Part shown: positions 45,355 through 54,956 of the stretch, one piece after another
How the letters are laid out: each line of letters begins with the position of its first letter
Position numbering within the stretch: position 1 is the stretch's first letter
Assembly: GCA_026388335.1 (NCBI GenBank)
Contig: JAPLJZ010000236.1
Span: forward strand, 9,295 to 73,294
Source: Deltaproteobacteria bacterium
GTDB lineage: Bacteria; Desulfobacterota; Syntrophia; Syntrophales; UBA8958
Length of the DNA stretch: 64,000 nt
Direction of reading: 5' to 3'
The notes under the pieces: generated by a model
The model's database searches: none
What the model was told of the DNA's origin: nothing
Seen by the model: the letters and a program-made list of their open reading frames with translations, nothing else
Translations under genes and position numbers: made by a program

Positions 45355-46368
45355 ATGATTAAAATTGGAGTTATTGGTTATGGATACTGGGGACCCAATC
45401 TCGTCAGGAACTTTTCAGAAGTCTCCGGATCAAGTGTCATCTCGGTCAGTGATCTGAGATCAGAGAGACTCGCACTAGCAAAGAGCCGCTATCCATGGAT
45501 CAAGACCATGACTGATCACCGTGAACTGATCGCCGATCCATCGATCGATGCGGTGGTAATCGCAACACCTGTTTCCACCCACTTCAACCTCGCAATGCAG
45601 GCCTTGGAGGCCGGTAAGCACGTCCTCGTGGAAAAGCCAATGACAGCAACGGCCGATGAAGGGGCGCTGATGATCGATAAGGCACAGAAGTGCAAGCGAG
45701 TCCTACTGGTGGACCACACATTTGTTTATATGGGTGCAGTTAGGAAAATAAGGGAATTAATTAAAAATGGTGAGTTAGGTAAAATTTATTATTACGATTC
45801 AACACGTGTGAACCTAGGACTTTTTCAACACGATGTTAACGTAACCTGGGACCTTGCCGTACACGATCTGGCTATTCTTGATTATGTGCTGGGAGCCAAT
45901 GCGACCGCCATTTCCGCCACCGGCATGAGTCATGTGAACAATGCCCCGGAAAACGTGGCTTACATGACGTTATTTTTCGATTCTTCCCTCATCGCACACA
46001 TAAATGTAAACTGGCTTTCGCCAGTCAAGGTGCGCCTGACGCTGATTGGGGGGAGCAAGAAGATGATCGTATTTGATGATCTGCAACCCAGCGAGAAGAT
46101 TAAAATTTACGATACAGGTATTACGGTTAATAGCGCTCCGGACAGCATTTATGAAATCCTCATTGGTTACCGGACCGGCGATATGTGGGCACCTCGCTTC
46201 GACACAACGGAAGCATTGAAGGCAGAGGCACTTCACTTTATTGACTGCATTGAGAATGGACGTGAACCTGACACGAATGGCGAAATGGGCCTGCGGGTTG
46301 TCCGGATACTCGAAGCCGCTACAAAGTCAATCAGAGAAAAGGGAAAACTGGTTACACTATGGGAATAA
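45355..46368 (+). CDS. Gfo/Idh/MocA sugar-nucleotide 3-dehydrogenase (WlbA/WbpB-like)
   Basis: 337 aa. IKIGVIGYGYWGPNLVRNF and HVLVEKPM. Paralogous to the N-terminal half of 25268..26860. Confidence 0.85.
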   Translation: MIKIGVIGYGYWGPNLVRNFSEVSGSSVISVSDLRSERLALAKSRYPWIKTMTDHRELIADPSIDAVVIATPVSTHFNLAMQALEAGKHVLVEKPMTATADEGALMIDKAQKCKRVLLVDHTFVYMGAVRKIRELIKNGELGKIYYYDSTRVNLGLFQHDVNVTWDLAVHDLAILDYVLGANATAISATGMSHVNNAPENVAYMTLFFDSSLIAHINVNWLSPVKVRLTLIGGSKKMIVFDDLQPSEKIKIYDTGITVNSAPDSIYEILIGYRTGDMWAPRFDTTEALKAEALHFIDCIENGREPDTNGEMGLRVVRILEAATKSIREKGKLVTLWE

Positions 46369-46406
46369 TTACCTCACCAAAACTCAATCTAAAAGAAAGA
46401 AGCTTT

Positions 46407-47510
46407 ATGAATGAAACTATCCAATTCATGGATTTGAAACGGCAATACGTAACAATCAAAGAGGAAATATCTGCGGCACTCTCGGCGGTGTGTGAAAAAA
46501 CCGCCTTTTCCGGTGGACCGTTTGTCGAAGAATTTGAGAAGAATTTTGCTGATTATTGCCATTCTTCCCATTGTAGCGCTGTCAATAGCGGCACCTCTGC
46601 CCTACAACTGGCCTTGGTCGCGGCCGGGATCAAACCAGGTGATGAGGTCATTGTTCCCGCAAATACATTTATAGCCACAGCTTGGGCAGTATCGTATGTG
46701 AATGCGACCCCCGTCTTTGTTGATTGTACATCTAACACCTGGAATATTGACCCACAGAAGATCGAAGGGAAAATCACGAAAAAGACGAAGGCCATAATAG
46801 GTGTTCACCTCTACGGACAACCCTTTGATGTCGATGCCGTAAAATCGATCGCCGACACCCATGGATTAAGTATGATCGAAGATTGCGCACAGGCCCATGG
46901 TGCTCTTTACAAGGATAAAAAAGTGGGCGGATTTGGCTTATTGGGATGCTTTAGTTTCTATCCCGGAAAGAATCTTGGCGCCTATGGTGAAGGTGGCGCT
47001 ATTGTGTCTAACAATGGCACGAACGATCAACGAATCAAAAGCCTGAGGAATCATGGTTCTACAATCCGTTATCACCATGAAGAACTGGGTTTCAATATGC
47101 GTATGGATGGCTTCCAGGGAGCCGTCCTGAATGTTAAGCTGAGATATCTAGATTCATGGAACAAACGCCGGAGAACCATTGCCCAAATGTACCGCAATGG
47201 GATTAAGAATGATAAAATACGGATGCAATCCCAGCCATCCTGGTCCTCATCCGTTTATCATCTCTTCGTCGCTACGGTGGATGATAGAGACCATGTTATG
47301 CAGTATTTGCAGGATAGAAAAATATTTTGTGGTTTGCATTACCCGATACCGTGTCATCTTCAGCGGGCTTATAGTCACTTGGGATACAAGAAGGGGGATT
47401 TACCAAACGCAGAATATCTGGCTGATCACTGCGTTTCCTTGCCGATGTATCCCGAACTTACGGACGCTGAAGTATCGTATATTATAGATACTCTGAACGG
47501 TATCAATTGA
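46407..47510 (+). CDS. DegT/DnrJ-family sugar aminotransferase (WlbC/WbpE-like)
   Basis: ATG 46407 (MNETIQFMDLKRQY...). NSGTSALQLAL, DCAQAHGA, SFYPGKNLGAYGEGG. Confidence 0.9.
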   Translation: MNETIQFMDLKRQYVTIKEEISAALSAVCEKTAFSGGPFVEEFEKNFADYCHSSHCSAVNSGTSALQLALVAAGIKPGDEVIVPANTFIATAWAVSYVNATPVFVDCTSNTWNIDPQKIEGKITKKTKAIIGVHLYGQPFDVDAVKSIADTHGLSMIEDCAQAHGALYKDKKVGGFGLLGCFSFYPGKNLGAYGEGGAIVSNNGTNDQRIKSLRNHGSTIRYHHEELGFNMRMDGFQGAVLNVKLRYLDSWNKRRRTIAQMYRNGIKNDKIRMQSQPSWSSSVYHLFVATVDDRDHVMQYLQDRKIFCGLHYPIPCHLQRAYSHLGYKKGDLPNAEYLADHCVSLPMYPELTDAEVSYIIDTLNGIN

Positions 47511-47517
47511 ATTCATT

Positions 47518-48150
47518 GTGAAAAAACTACTTATCTTTCCATACAACGGAAACGCTATTGAATCCTTGGATTGCATTGATTCTGAATTCGAATTTATTGG
47601 ATTCATAGATGATAGTATTGATAAACAAATTAAGCGAGAAAATGACCATAGAGTTTTTGGAAGAACTATCTTAGATAAATATGAGGATGCATTTTTACTC
47701 ATCGTACCTGGCAGCCCTACAACCTTTTTAGAAAGAAAAAAGATTATTGACAACTTTAATATCAAATCCGAAAGGTTGGCGCAAATCATTCATCCAAAGG
47801 CTTGCATCTCTCCATTGGCAAAAATAGGGAAAAATGTTCTTATTATGGCAGGAGTTGTTGTTACGAGTAACGCAATAATTGGCAATCATGTCTGTATCTT
47901 ACCTAACACAGTGATTCATCATGATGTACGGGTAAACGACTATTGCTTAATTGGTTCCAATATTACGATTGCCGGTTATGCAACCATCGGTATCAACTGT
48001 TATATTGGTAGTGGAACTTCCATTATAAACGGTGTAGAAATCGGAGACAGAACGATGATCGGCATGGGGTCTAATGTTATAAGAAACATTGATCATAATT
48101 GTATCGCAGTAGGTAATCCATGCCATATTGTAACCCGGAGACAACAATAA
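47518..48150 (+). CDS. NeuD/PglD-family sugar acetyltransferase
   Basis: GTG start. An N-terminal Rossmann-like KKLLIFPYNGNAIESL followed by C-terminal hexapeptide repeats (IGNHVCILPNTVIHHDVRVNDYCLIGSNITIAG). Confidence 0.8.
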   Translation: MKKLLIFPYNGNAIESLDCIDSEFEFIGFIDDSIDKQIKRENDHRVFGRTILDKYEDAFLLIVPGSPTTFLERKKIIDNFNIKSERLAQIIHPKACISPLAKIGKNVLIMAGVVVTSNAIIGNHVCILPNTVIHHDVRVNDYCLIGSNITIAGYATIGINCYIGSGTSIINGVEIGDRTMIGMGSNVIRNIDHNCIAVGNPCHIVTRRQQ

Positions 48151-49188
48151 ATGAATAACAAAGAAGATAATAGTAGGAATTTATACGATTATAAAAATAT
48201 TCTTGTTACCGGCGGCGCCGGTTTCATCGGATCGGAATTGACGAGGCAATTGGTTCAATACGGGTTTCATGTTATCGTTATCGATAATCTCATCAATGGG
48301 AAAAAAGAGGACCTGAAGGCCCCGATTGACAATGGAGCAGATCTGATTATTGCCGATATTCGAGACGAAGCTGAAATCGATAAACTGACGAAACAAGCAG
48401 AAGTTGTTTTCCATCTGGCTTGTCTCGGCGTGAGACATTCCATTCATGATCCCTTGGAAAATCATGATGTCAATGCCACAGCAACACTCAAGCTGCTTGA
48501 TGCTTCAAGAAGAAACGGCGTTAAAAGATTCATCTACATTTCTAGTTCGGAGGTATACGGAACGGCTAAATGGGTACCTATGACCGAGGAACACCCGACA
48601 ATGCCAAATACGGTTTACGGCGCTTCGAAACTTGCTGGTGAATGCTACACACGTGCCTTTTTTGAAACCTACGACTATCCTACAACAGTTATTCGCCCCT
48701 TTAACACATACGGACCCAATTGCCATCATGAGGGTGATAGCGGTGAAGTGATCCCCAAATTTCTATTGAGAACACTTGCCGGACTTCCGATGATCATCTT
48801 CGGAGACGGAAAACAAACAAGGGATTTTACTTATGTCACCGATACGGCGCGGGGAATCATAGAATGCGGGTTACATAAGAAAACTATCGGTCAGACAATT
48901 AATATCGGCAGCGATCAAGAAATATCGATTAACCAACTAGCGACATCCGTTTCCGAAATGATCGAAGGAACAACCCAAATCATCCACGAATTGCCACGTC
49001 CCGGAGACGTTTTGAGGCTGTATGCCGATACAACAAAAGCGGTACAGATGGTTGGTTTCAAACCGATAATCAAATTTATGGAGGGGTTGCAGAAGCTCAA
49101 GAACTGGTATGTTAGCACTGGCATTTCACCTCAAGAATTTCTAAAAAGTGAGATTGTGAAGAATTGGGAGACATTACAAAAACAATGA
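48151..49188 (+). CDS. NAD-dependent epimerase/dehydratase (SDR; 4,6-dehydratase-like)
   Basis: 345 aa. VTGGAGFIGSEL, SSSEVYG, YGASK. Confidence 0.85.
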   Translation: MNNKEDNSRNLYDYKNILVTGGAGFIGSELTRQLVQYGFHVIVIDNLINGKKEDLKAPIDNGADLIIADIRDEAEIDKLTKQAEVVFHLACLGVRHSIHDPLENHDVNATATLKLLDASRRNGVKRFIYISSSEVYGTAKWVPMTEEHPTMPNTVYGASKLAGECYTRAFFETYDYPTTVIRPFNTYGPNCHHEGDSGEVIPKFLLRTLAGLPMIIFGDGKQTRDFTYVTDTARGIIECGLHKKTIGQTINIGSDQEISINQLATSVSEMIEGTTQIIHELPRPGDVLRLYADTTKAVQMVGFKPIIKFMEGLQKLKNWYVSTGISPQEFLKSEIVKNWETLQKQ

Positions 49189-50393
49189 GCGATTTTAAGA
49201 ATTTCATCCCCATCGCCAAACCCTGGATGGATGACCGTGAATCCGATGCGGTCGCGCGCGTCATTGCCACAGGATGGATTACTCAAGGGCCAGAAGTGGC
49301 GTCTTTCGAGAAGGAGTTCGCTGATTTTGTTGGGGCGCCTCATGCCTGTGCCGTATCGAGTTGCACGACCGCCCTTCACCTTGCCCTGCTTGCCGTTGGC
49401 ATCAAGCCGGGAGATGAAGTAATCACTGTAAGCCATTCCTTCATTGCTACAGCAAATAGCATTCGCTATTGTGGTGCTTCACCTGTTTTTGTGGATATCG
49501 AACCGGACACTTTCAATCTGAACCCTTCACTTATTGAAACGCTGATCAACGATAAGACCAAAGCCATTCTTTGCGTTCATCAAATGGGCATGCCATGCAA
49601 TCTTGAACCTATTATCGGCATCGCTCGCAGGCACAACTTAGTTGTCATTGAGGACGCAGCCTGCGCAATTGGCAGTGAAATCAGTTGGCACGGTAAATGG
49701 GGAAAAATCGGAAAGCCACATGGTGATATCGCTTGCTTCTCCTTCCATCCGCGAAAATTACTCAGTACAGGGGATGGGGGCATGCTGACAACGGCCAATG
49801 ATGAATGGGATCATCAATTCCGTTTATGGCGACAGCACGGCATGAGCGTTCCAGATACCATTCGGCATGGGGCGAAGGAAGTCATCTTGGAATCTTATCC
49901 ATGTGTCGGTTATAATTACCGCATGACCGATGTGCAGGCGGCAATGGGTCGTGAACAACTTAAAAGGTTGCCGGAAATCGTTGCGAGGAGGAGAGCAATG
50001 GTCAAACGTTATCGGATGCTGCTGGGTGAAGAAATTCCAGGCATCGGATTGCCTTTAGAACCTAAATGGGCAAGAAGCAACTGGCAAAGCCTCTGCGTGC
50101 GGTTGCCGGAACGGGTGAATCAGATAACCGTGATGCAAAAGATGCTCGACATTGGCATAGCAACCCGCAGGGGCGTTATGTGTGCCCATCGAGAAGATTC
50201 CTACAGACACGGAACCTGGTCATGTGGAAAAGGACCCGGCCCATGCGAATGCGAACCGAAACGATGCGCCAGGCTTGTCGAAAGCGAAAGGGCGCAAGAT
50301 CGCTGCATCATTTTACCGCTATACCATCAGATGACGGAAGCTGATCAACTCATAGTCGTGATGACCCTGAAACAATCTTGTGTGCACATATGA
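49185..50393 (+). CDS. DegT/DnrJ-family sugar aminotransferase (third copy)
   Basis: ATG 49185 overlaps the upstream stop (ATGA). IPIAKPWM, SCTTALHLAL, DAACAIGS, SFHPRKLLSTGDGG. Confidence 0.9.
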   Translation: MSDFKNFIPIAKPWMDDRESDAVARVIATGWITQGPEVASFEKEFADFVGAPHACAVSSCTTALHLALLAVGIKPGDEVITVSHSFIATANSIRYCGASPVFVDIEPDTFNLNPSLIETLINDKTKAILCVHQMGMPCNLEPIIGIARRHNLVVIEDAACAIGSEISWHGKWGKIGKPHGDIACFSFHPRKLLSTGDGGMLTTANDEWDHQFRLWRQHGMSVPDTIRHGAKEVILESYPCVGYNYRMTDVQAAMGREQLKRLPEIVARRRAMVKRYRMLLGEEIPGIGLPLEPKWARSNWQSLCVRLPERVNQITVMQKMLDIGIATRRGVMCAHREDSYRHGTWSCGKGPGPCECEPKRCARLVESERAQDRCIILPLYHQMTEADQLIVVMTLKQSCVHI

Positions 50394-51355
50394 CAACACC
50401 TGAAACCCTATTGACCATCATCACGCCTGCATACAACGAAGCCGGGAACATACCTCTTCTCTATCAGCGAATTGAAAAGGTTTTGAAAGATGAAATGATC
50501 GATTGGGAATGGATCGTTGTTGATGATCATTCTCAAGACGATACATTTAAAGTCATTTCGCAGATCGCTCAGACGGATATCCATATTAAAGGAATACGAC
50601 TGGCGCGAAACGCAGGTTCCCATATGGCCATCAAATGCGGGCTGGATTTCTGTCAGGGTCATTGCGCCGTTGTTATGGCCGCTGATCTCCAGGATCCTCC
50701 GGAAACAATCCCCGATCTCATCGACAAGTGGCAACAAGGGGCGAAGGTCGTCTGGGCCGTTCGAGAACAGAGGCAGGGAGAAAAAGCCAACACTATTGGG
50801 TTTTCTCGTCTTTATTATTTTATTATGAGAAATATTGTTGGTATCCGGGAAATGCCAGCCACAGGGGCTGACTTCTTTCTCATCGATAAGCAAGTCATTT
50901 GTGCGTTGAAGCAATTCAACGAAGCGCATGTTAGCCTTCTGACATTAATCACTTGGCTTGGCTTTAATCAAGATAGTATCAGTTATAATAAGGAGTTTCG
51001 ATTTCACGGAAAATCCGGCTGGACGCTGAGAAAAAAGCTGAAATTAGTTATCGACTCCGTAACTGCCTTCAGCTACTTTCCTATCCGCTTTATGAGTTAT
51101 TTTGGCTTCTTTATCGCACTGGCTGGTTTTATCTATGCTGGCTGTGTTTTTATCAACGGCCTCCGAGGGATACCCGTTGAAGGGTGGGCTTCAATGATGA
51201 TTGTGATCCTTGTCATTGGTGGGATGCAAATGCTCATGCTCGGAATATTGGGGGAATATTTATGGCGCACACTCGATGAGAGCAAAAAAAGGCCAAGATA
51301 TATAATTGAGAAAGCTGTACGAATCGGTTGCGAAACAAGGGAAATAGGTCTTTAG
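50390..51355 (+). CDS. GT2 polyprenyl-phosphate glycosyltransferase (ArnC/GtrB/Dpm1-like)
   Basis: ATG 50390 overlaps the upstream stop. LTIITPAYNEAGNI, VVDDHSQDDT, MAADLQDPPE, and two C-terminal TM helices. Confidence 0.85.
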   Translation: MTTPETLLTIITPAYNEAGNIPLLYQRIEKVLKDEMIDWEWIVVDDHSQDDTFKVISQIAQTDIHIKGIRLARNAGSHMAIKCGLDFCQGHCAVVMAADLQDPPETIPDLIDKWQQGAKVVWAVREQRQGEKANTIGFSRLYYFIMRNIVGIREMPATGADFFLIDKQVICALKQFNEAHVSLLTLITWLGFNQDSISYNKEFRFHGKSGWTLRKKLKLVIDSVTAFSYFPIRFMSYFGFFIALAGFIYAGCVFINGLRGIPVEGWASMMIVILVIGGMQMLMLGILGEYLWRTLDESKKRPRYIIEKAVRIGCETREIGL

Positions 51356-51462
51356 TTGACTTGACCCAAGATGACACAGGAAAGGTCACTGATGGATTAC
51401 AAAATGGGTGAATCGTATGGAGAAAAAGGGACTAACGAGTTAGTTGAGTCAGGAGAAAAACT

Positions 51463-52962
51463 GTGAGTCCGAACGTTCTTTTAATAAACCCAAGCATTGG
51501 GAATGCATCGCAGAACAAGAGGATTAATCGAGTTGTCGGAATTACATTTCCGACAAGCATTGGTATCCTGGCGGGATGCTTGATGACATCAGGCATAGAT
51601 GTCCGTATCTTAGACGAACAAATTGATCCTATATCCGAATCTGATTTTCCTCGTCTGATTAGCTCTATGCAGAGCCCGCGAATTGTTGGGATTAGTGTTT
51701 TGACGCTCAATTCCGGTCGGGCTTATGAGGTGGCGCAGCAGGTCAAGCAAGTGGACCCCCATGCGACGGTGGTGTTGGGTGGTATTCACCCGACTGTTGC
51801 TTTGGACGAGGCGCTTCATGCCGACGGGGTGGACGTGGTTGTTCGTGGTGAGGGGGAAGAGACATTTATTGAGTTAGTACAACTCATTCTTCAGGGCAAG
51901 GATTATAGGGGAATAAGCGGCATTTCCTTTTCAGTGGACGGAAAAACCATCCATACCCCCAACCGTCCATACATAGACAATCTGGACTCAATCCCGCCGA
52001 TTCCTTATCACCTGTTCGAAACAGACATCCTTCGGTATCCCAGCTTTTCAACTGTTCTGGGATCGCGCGGCTGTCCGTATTCGTGTTTGTTTTGCTCGTC
52101 CAGAAGCATTTCAGGCAAGAAGTATCGCTTTCACTCGGTTGACCGGGTTGTGCAAGATTGCACAACATTGATTCGTAAATACAAACAGCAATCCGTCTTT
52201 TTCGCCGACGATAATATCGCTGTCGATCGTCGGCATTTTATCGAACTCTGTGATGCGTTGACCAAAGAGGGACTCCACAAGGAGGCATTCTTTCACGCGT
52301 CTATGCGCGCTGACAATGCGACCGACGAAATCTTGGAAAAAGCGCGTGCGACCAATTTCAAAATGATCTACTTTGGTTTTGAAACCGGCATTGAAAGGCT
52401 GATGAAGATTATTGACAAACGTGAGACAGTTGCCCAAATCGTAGAAGCTATTCAAAGAGCACATCGCGCGCATATATCGGTTGGCGCGACCTTGATATTT
52501 GGTTTGCCCACCGAGACAAGACAAGATAGGTATGACACGATCAAGCTGGTCAATTCTTTACCACTTGATTCGATTCGATTCAATACGCTGGTTCCATATC
52601 CCGGCACCCCGGCCTACAAGATGCTGGCTCCGCAGGGGAAAATACTCATTAAAGGCTGTTGGGAGAACTTTGGGGTACAATATATGTGGGAAAGCGATGA
52701 CATTCCCTATGTGCCGGACGAAAGCAACCGAATTGAACTAATTTTTGATACGATGTATGCCAACTTGTCATATTATCTCGCCCCCAAAGGGATCAGCAAA
52801 CTTATTATGTCGCCTGTTGCTGGCGGCAACGTCATCAAGCTAAAGAAACGTTGGTTTCTCTCCTTGCAGGAACTGTACAAGATGGGCAGTGTCTTTACCT
52901 ATCTTTTCGCTCGGTTCCTGAGTGTAGCCATCAGAATGTTATGGACAAATATAATAAGCTGA
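51463..52962 (+). CDS. B12-binding-domain radical SAM enzyme (class B)
   Basis: GTG start. N-terminal cobalamin-binding-type Rossmann region (RIVGISVLT...VVLGGIHPT...VVVRGEGEE), then the CX3CX2C motif GSRGCPYSCLFCSS. Confidence 0.8.
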   Translation: MSPNVLLINPSIGNASQNKRINRVVGITFPTSIGILAGCLMTSGIDVRILDEQIDPISESDFPRLISSMQSPRIVGISVLTLNSGRAYEVAQQVKQVDPHATVVLGGIHPTVALDEALHADGVDVVVRGEGEETFIELVQLILQGKDYRGISGISFSVDGKTIHTPNRPYIDNLDSIPPIPYHLFETDILRYPSFSTVLGSRGCPYSCLFCSSRSISGKKYRFHSVDRVVQDCTTLIRKYKQQSVFFADDNIAVDRRHFIELCDALTKEGLHKEAFFHASMRADNATDEILEKARATNFKMIYFGFETGIERLMKIIDKRETVAQIVEAIQRAHRAHISVGATLIFGLPTETRQDRYDTIKLVNSLPLDSIRFNTLVPYPGTPAYKMLAPQGKILIKGCWENFGVQYMWESDDIPYVPDESNRIELIFDTMYANLSYYLAPKGISKLIMSPVAGGNVIKLKKRWFLSLQELYKMGSVFTYLFARFLSVAIRMLWTNIIS

Positions 52963-53033
52963 AACGAATTATGACAGAATGATAAATTAATCAATGTTAA
53001 TGAATATTTGAACTTGTCCCGAGGCCTTCAATA

Positions 53034-54845
53034 TTGAAAACGTATCCATTACGCAATCTCGATTTCTATATAAATAGTTTCACACTATTTACCGTCCTTT
53101 TTCTATTTCATCTCCTGTGGATTTTCCAGGGAATTGACGTTACGGATAATGGCTTCCATCTGACCAATCAGGTACTGGCTTTTTCTGGTCATGGCGACAA
53201 GACTCTCATCATGATCTTTTTGTCGGATTATATCGGAGGGGCGTGGCTGAGCCTTGCGGGAAGTCCCAATCTTATTTGGGCGAGGCTTGGCGGCGTTCTT
53301 ATCTTTTGCCTTACCGCTCAAATTTCCTATCATATGTTATCAACTTTATTTGATAAGAAGAGGGTTTTTTATATCGTTATCATTTCCACCATATTGATCA
53401 CCATGACCATTCCTACCTTCATCATCGATTACTATTCCTTCCCGGCGCTTCTTATGAATATCGGGTTGTTTTTCGTTTATCAGCTCTGGAACAGCGAGAA
53501 TGACCCCAAGAAGAGCAATATCTATTCTTTTCTGGTGGGATTTATTGCGGTTCCCATCATCCTATCGCGATTTCCGCTGATCATGATTTTCTTAATCCCC
53601 TTCATCGTCGTTGTGTCTTATCGCCTCACTAAGCAAAGTATAGCAGCGCTATCGAATATTGCAAAATATTCTCTCCTGGGTTTCGCTATAGCCTTGGTGA
53701 TATTCACCGCATTCTACCATTCTTTGGGGTTGCTCAGTCGTTTCATCGAAGAAATTGCGAAGATGTTCTCCCGATTTGCCGGCGGGGGCAATATCCCGAA
53801 TCATGACATCCCCCAATTTCAAGCAGCCCGCTCACAATACGATGTAACATGGTATCTCGCTATCCTTTATGGGGATGGCCTCTTTCTGACGGCCTGTACA
53901 GCTATCATCCTGCCGGTTTTATACATTGTTTCCCGGATTAAGAAAAAACTGTCTTTTATCGGCTTGTCTCTTACGGCATACCTGGCTGTTCTTATCACTC
54001 TGGGAGCAATATTGCTGTTCTGCCGGTATGTTTTTAACCTTCATATTGATCTGGTTGTAGCTGTACTTGTAAGCATCATACTGATGGTGGCCGCCTCCTA
54101 CTTTTCACAGGCCGGTAAAGTAAATACGAGAACCGGCATACTTTTGTTGCTGGGTCTGTCCATCATGCTCATCAATCCGCTGGGTTCCAGTGCGGGCTAC
54201 CTTTGCCGGACTATTTACGGAATGTGGCTGGTCCTTCCCCTGGCGTTGCTTCTGACCTATGACCTCATCGGCAAGCTGAAGGAAGGAAACCTAAAAAGAA
54301 TGTTGTCCTTGAATACGGCAATCATTCTGTTGCTAATCCCGATTGCCCTTTTTGCTCATTATCGGAACATCTATCGAGATGATCTGAATCGCGCTCGTTT
54401 AAATACCCCTTTTCAGGATAAAGCTCTGCAACTCGTCTTCTCTCATAGGGAAAGGGTAGATGCAGTTGACGATGCACTCAGACAGATCCGCCTGCGCACT
54501 GAGAAAGGTGATAAAACCCTGATGGTAGGCGGCATATACCTGTTTTACTATCTAACGGAAACAAGGCCGGTTTGGCCGACAGTCTGGATGGGCTTAACGT
54601 CCCTCCTTGAATTCGATGACTTGATTGCCGGTTTGTCAGCAGGAAAGGAATATCCCAAAGTAGTGGTCTTCTCCAAAGTCAATATGCGCGAAAATAATTG
54701 GCCTGAAGTGGGAGTTAGGAGAAATGTGGGTATGGCAAAGGACTACTTTCGGGAAATCGACTATTTAAAAATATCGTTCCGTGAAAAGTTAGATTACCGA
54801 ATCGTATGGGAAAACCGGGCTTTTGAGATCTACGCGCGGAGATAG
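53034..54845 (+). CDS. Large polytopic membrane protein with C-terminal soluble domain (candidate GT-C glycosyltransferase or polymerase)
   Basis: 603 aa, TTG start, at least 12 hydrophobic segments and then a ~170-aa soluble tail. No diagnostic motif recognised. Confidence 0.45.
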   Translation: MKTYPLRNLDFYINSFTLFTVLFLFHLLWIFQGIDVTDNGFHLTNQVLAFSGHGDKTLIMIFLSDYIGGAWLSLAGSPNLIWARLGGVLIFCLTAQISYHMLSTLFDKKRVFYIVIISTILITMTIPTFIIDYYSFPALLMNIGLFFVYQLWNSENDPKKSNIYSFLVGFIAVPIILSRFPLIMIFLIPFIVVVSYRLTKQSIAALSNIAKYSLLGFAIALVIFTAFYHSLGLLSRFIEEIAKMFSRFAGGGNIPNHDIPQFQAARSQYDVTWYLAILYGDGLFLTACTAIILPVLYIVSRIKKKLSFIGLSLTAYLAVLITLGAILLFCRYVFNLHIDLVVAVLVSIILMVAASYFSQAGKVNTRTGILLLLGLSIMLINPLGSSAGYLCRTIYGMWLVLPLALLLTYDLIGKLKEGNLKRMLSLNTAIILLLIPIALFAHYRNIYRDDLNRARLNTPFQDKALQLVFSHRERVDAVDDALRQIRLRTEKGDKTLMVGGIYLFYYLTETRPVWPTVWMGLTSLLEFDDLIAGLSAGKEYPKVVVFSKVNMRENNWPEVGVRRNVGMAKDYFREIDYLKISFREKLDYRIVWENRAFEIYARR

Positions 54846-54956
54846 CAGAACATGGGGCCTCAAAAAGGTAGTTTAGTTATCATTGTCTTGATCAGCACCG
54901 TATGATTAAAGACAGTGCCCAAAATAATTATCGATCAGAAGGAATAGATTCAAGCA

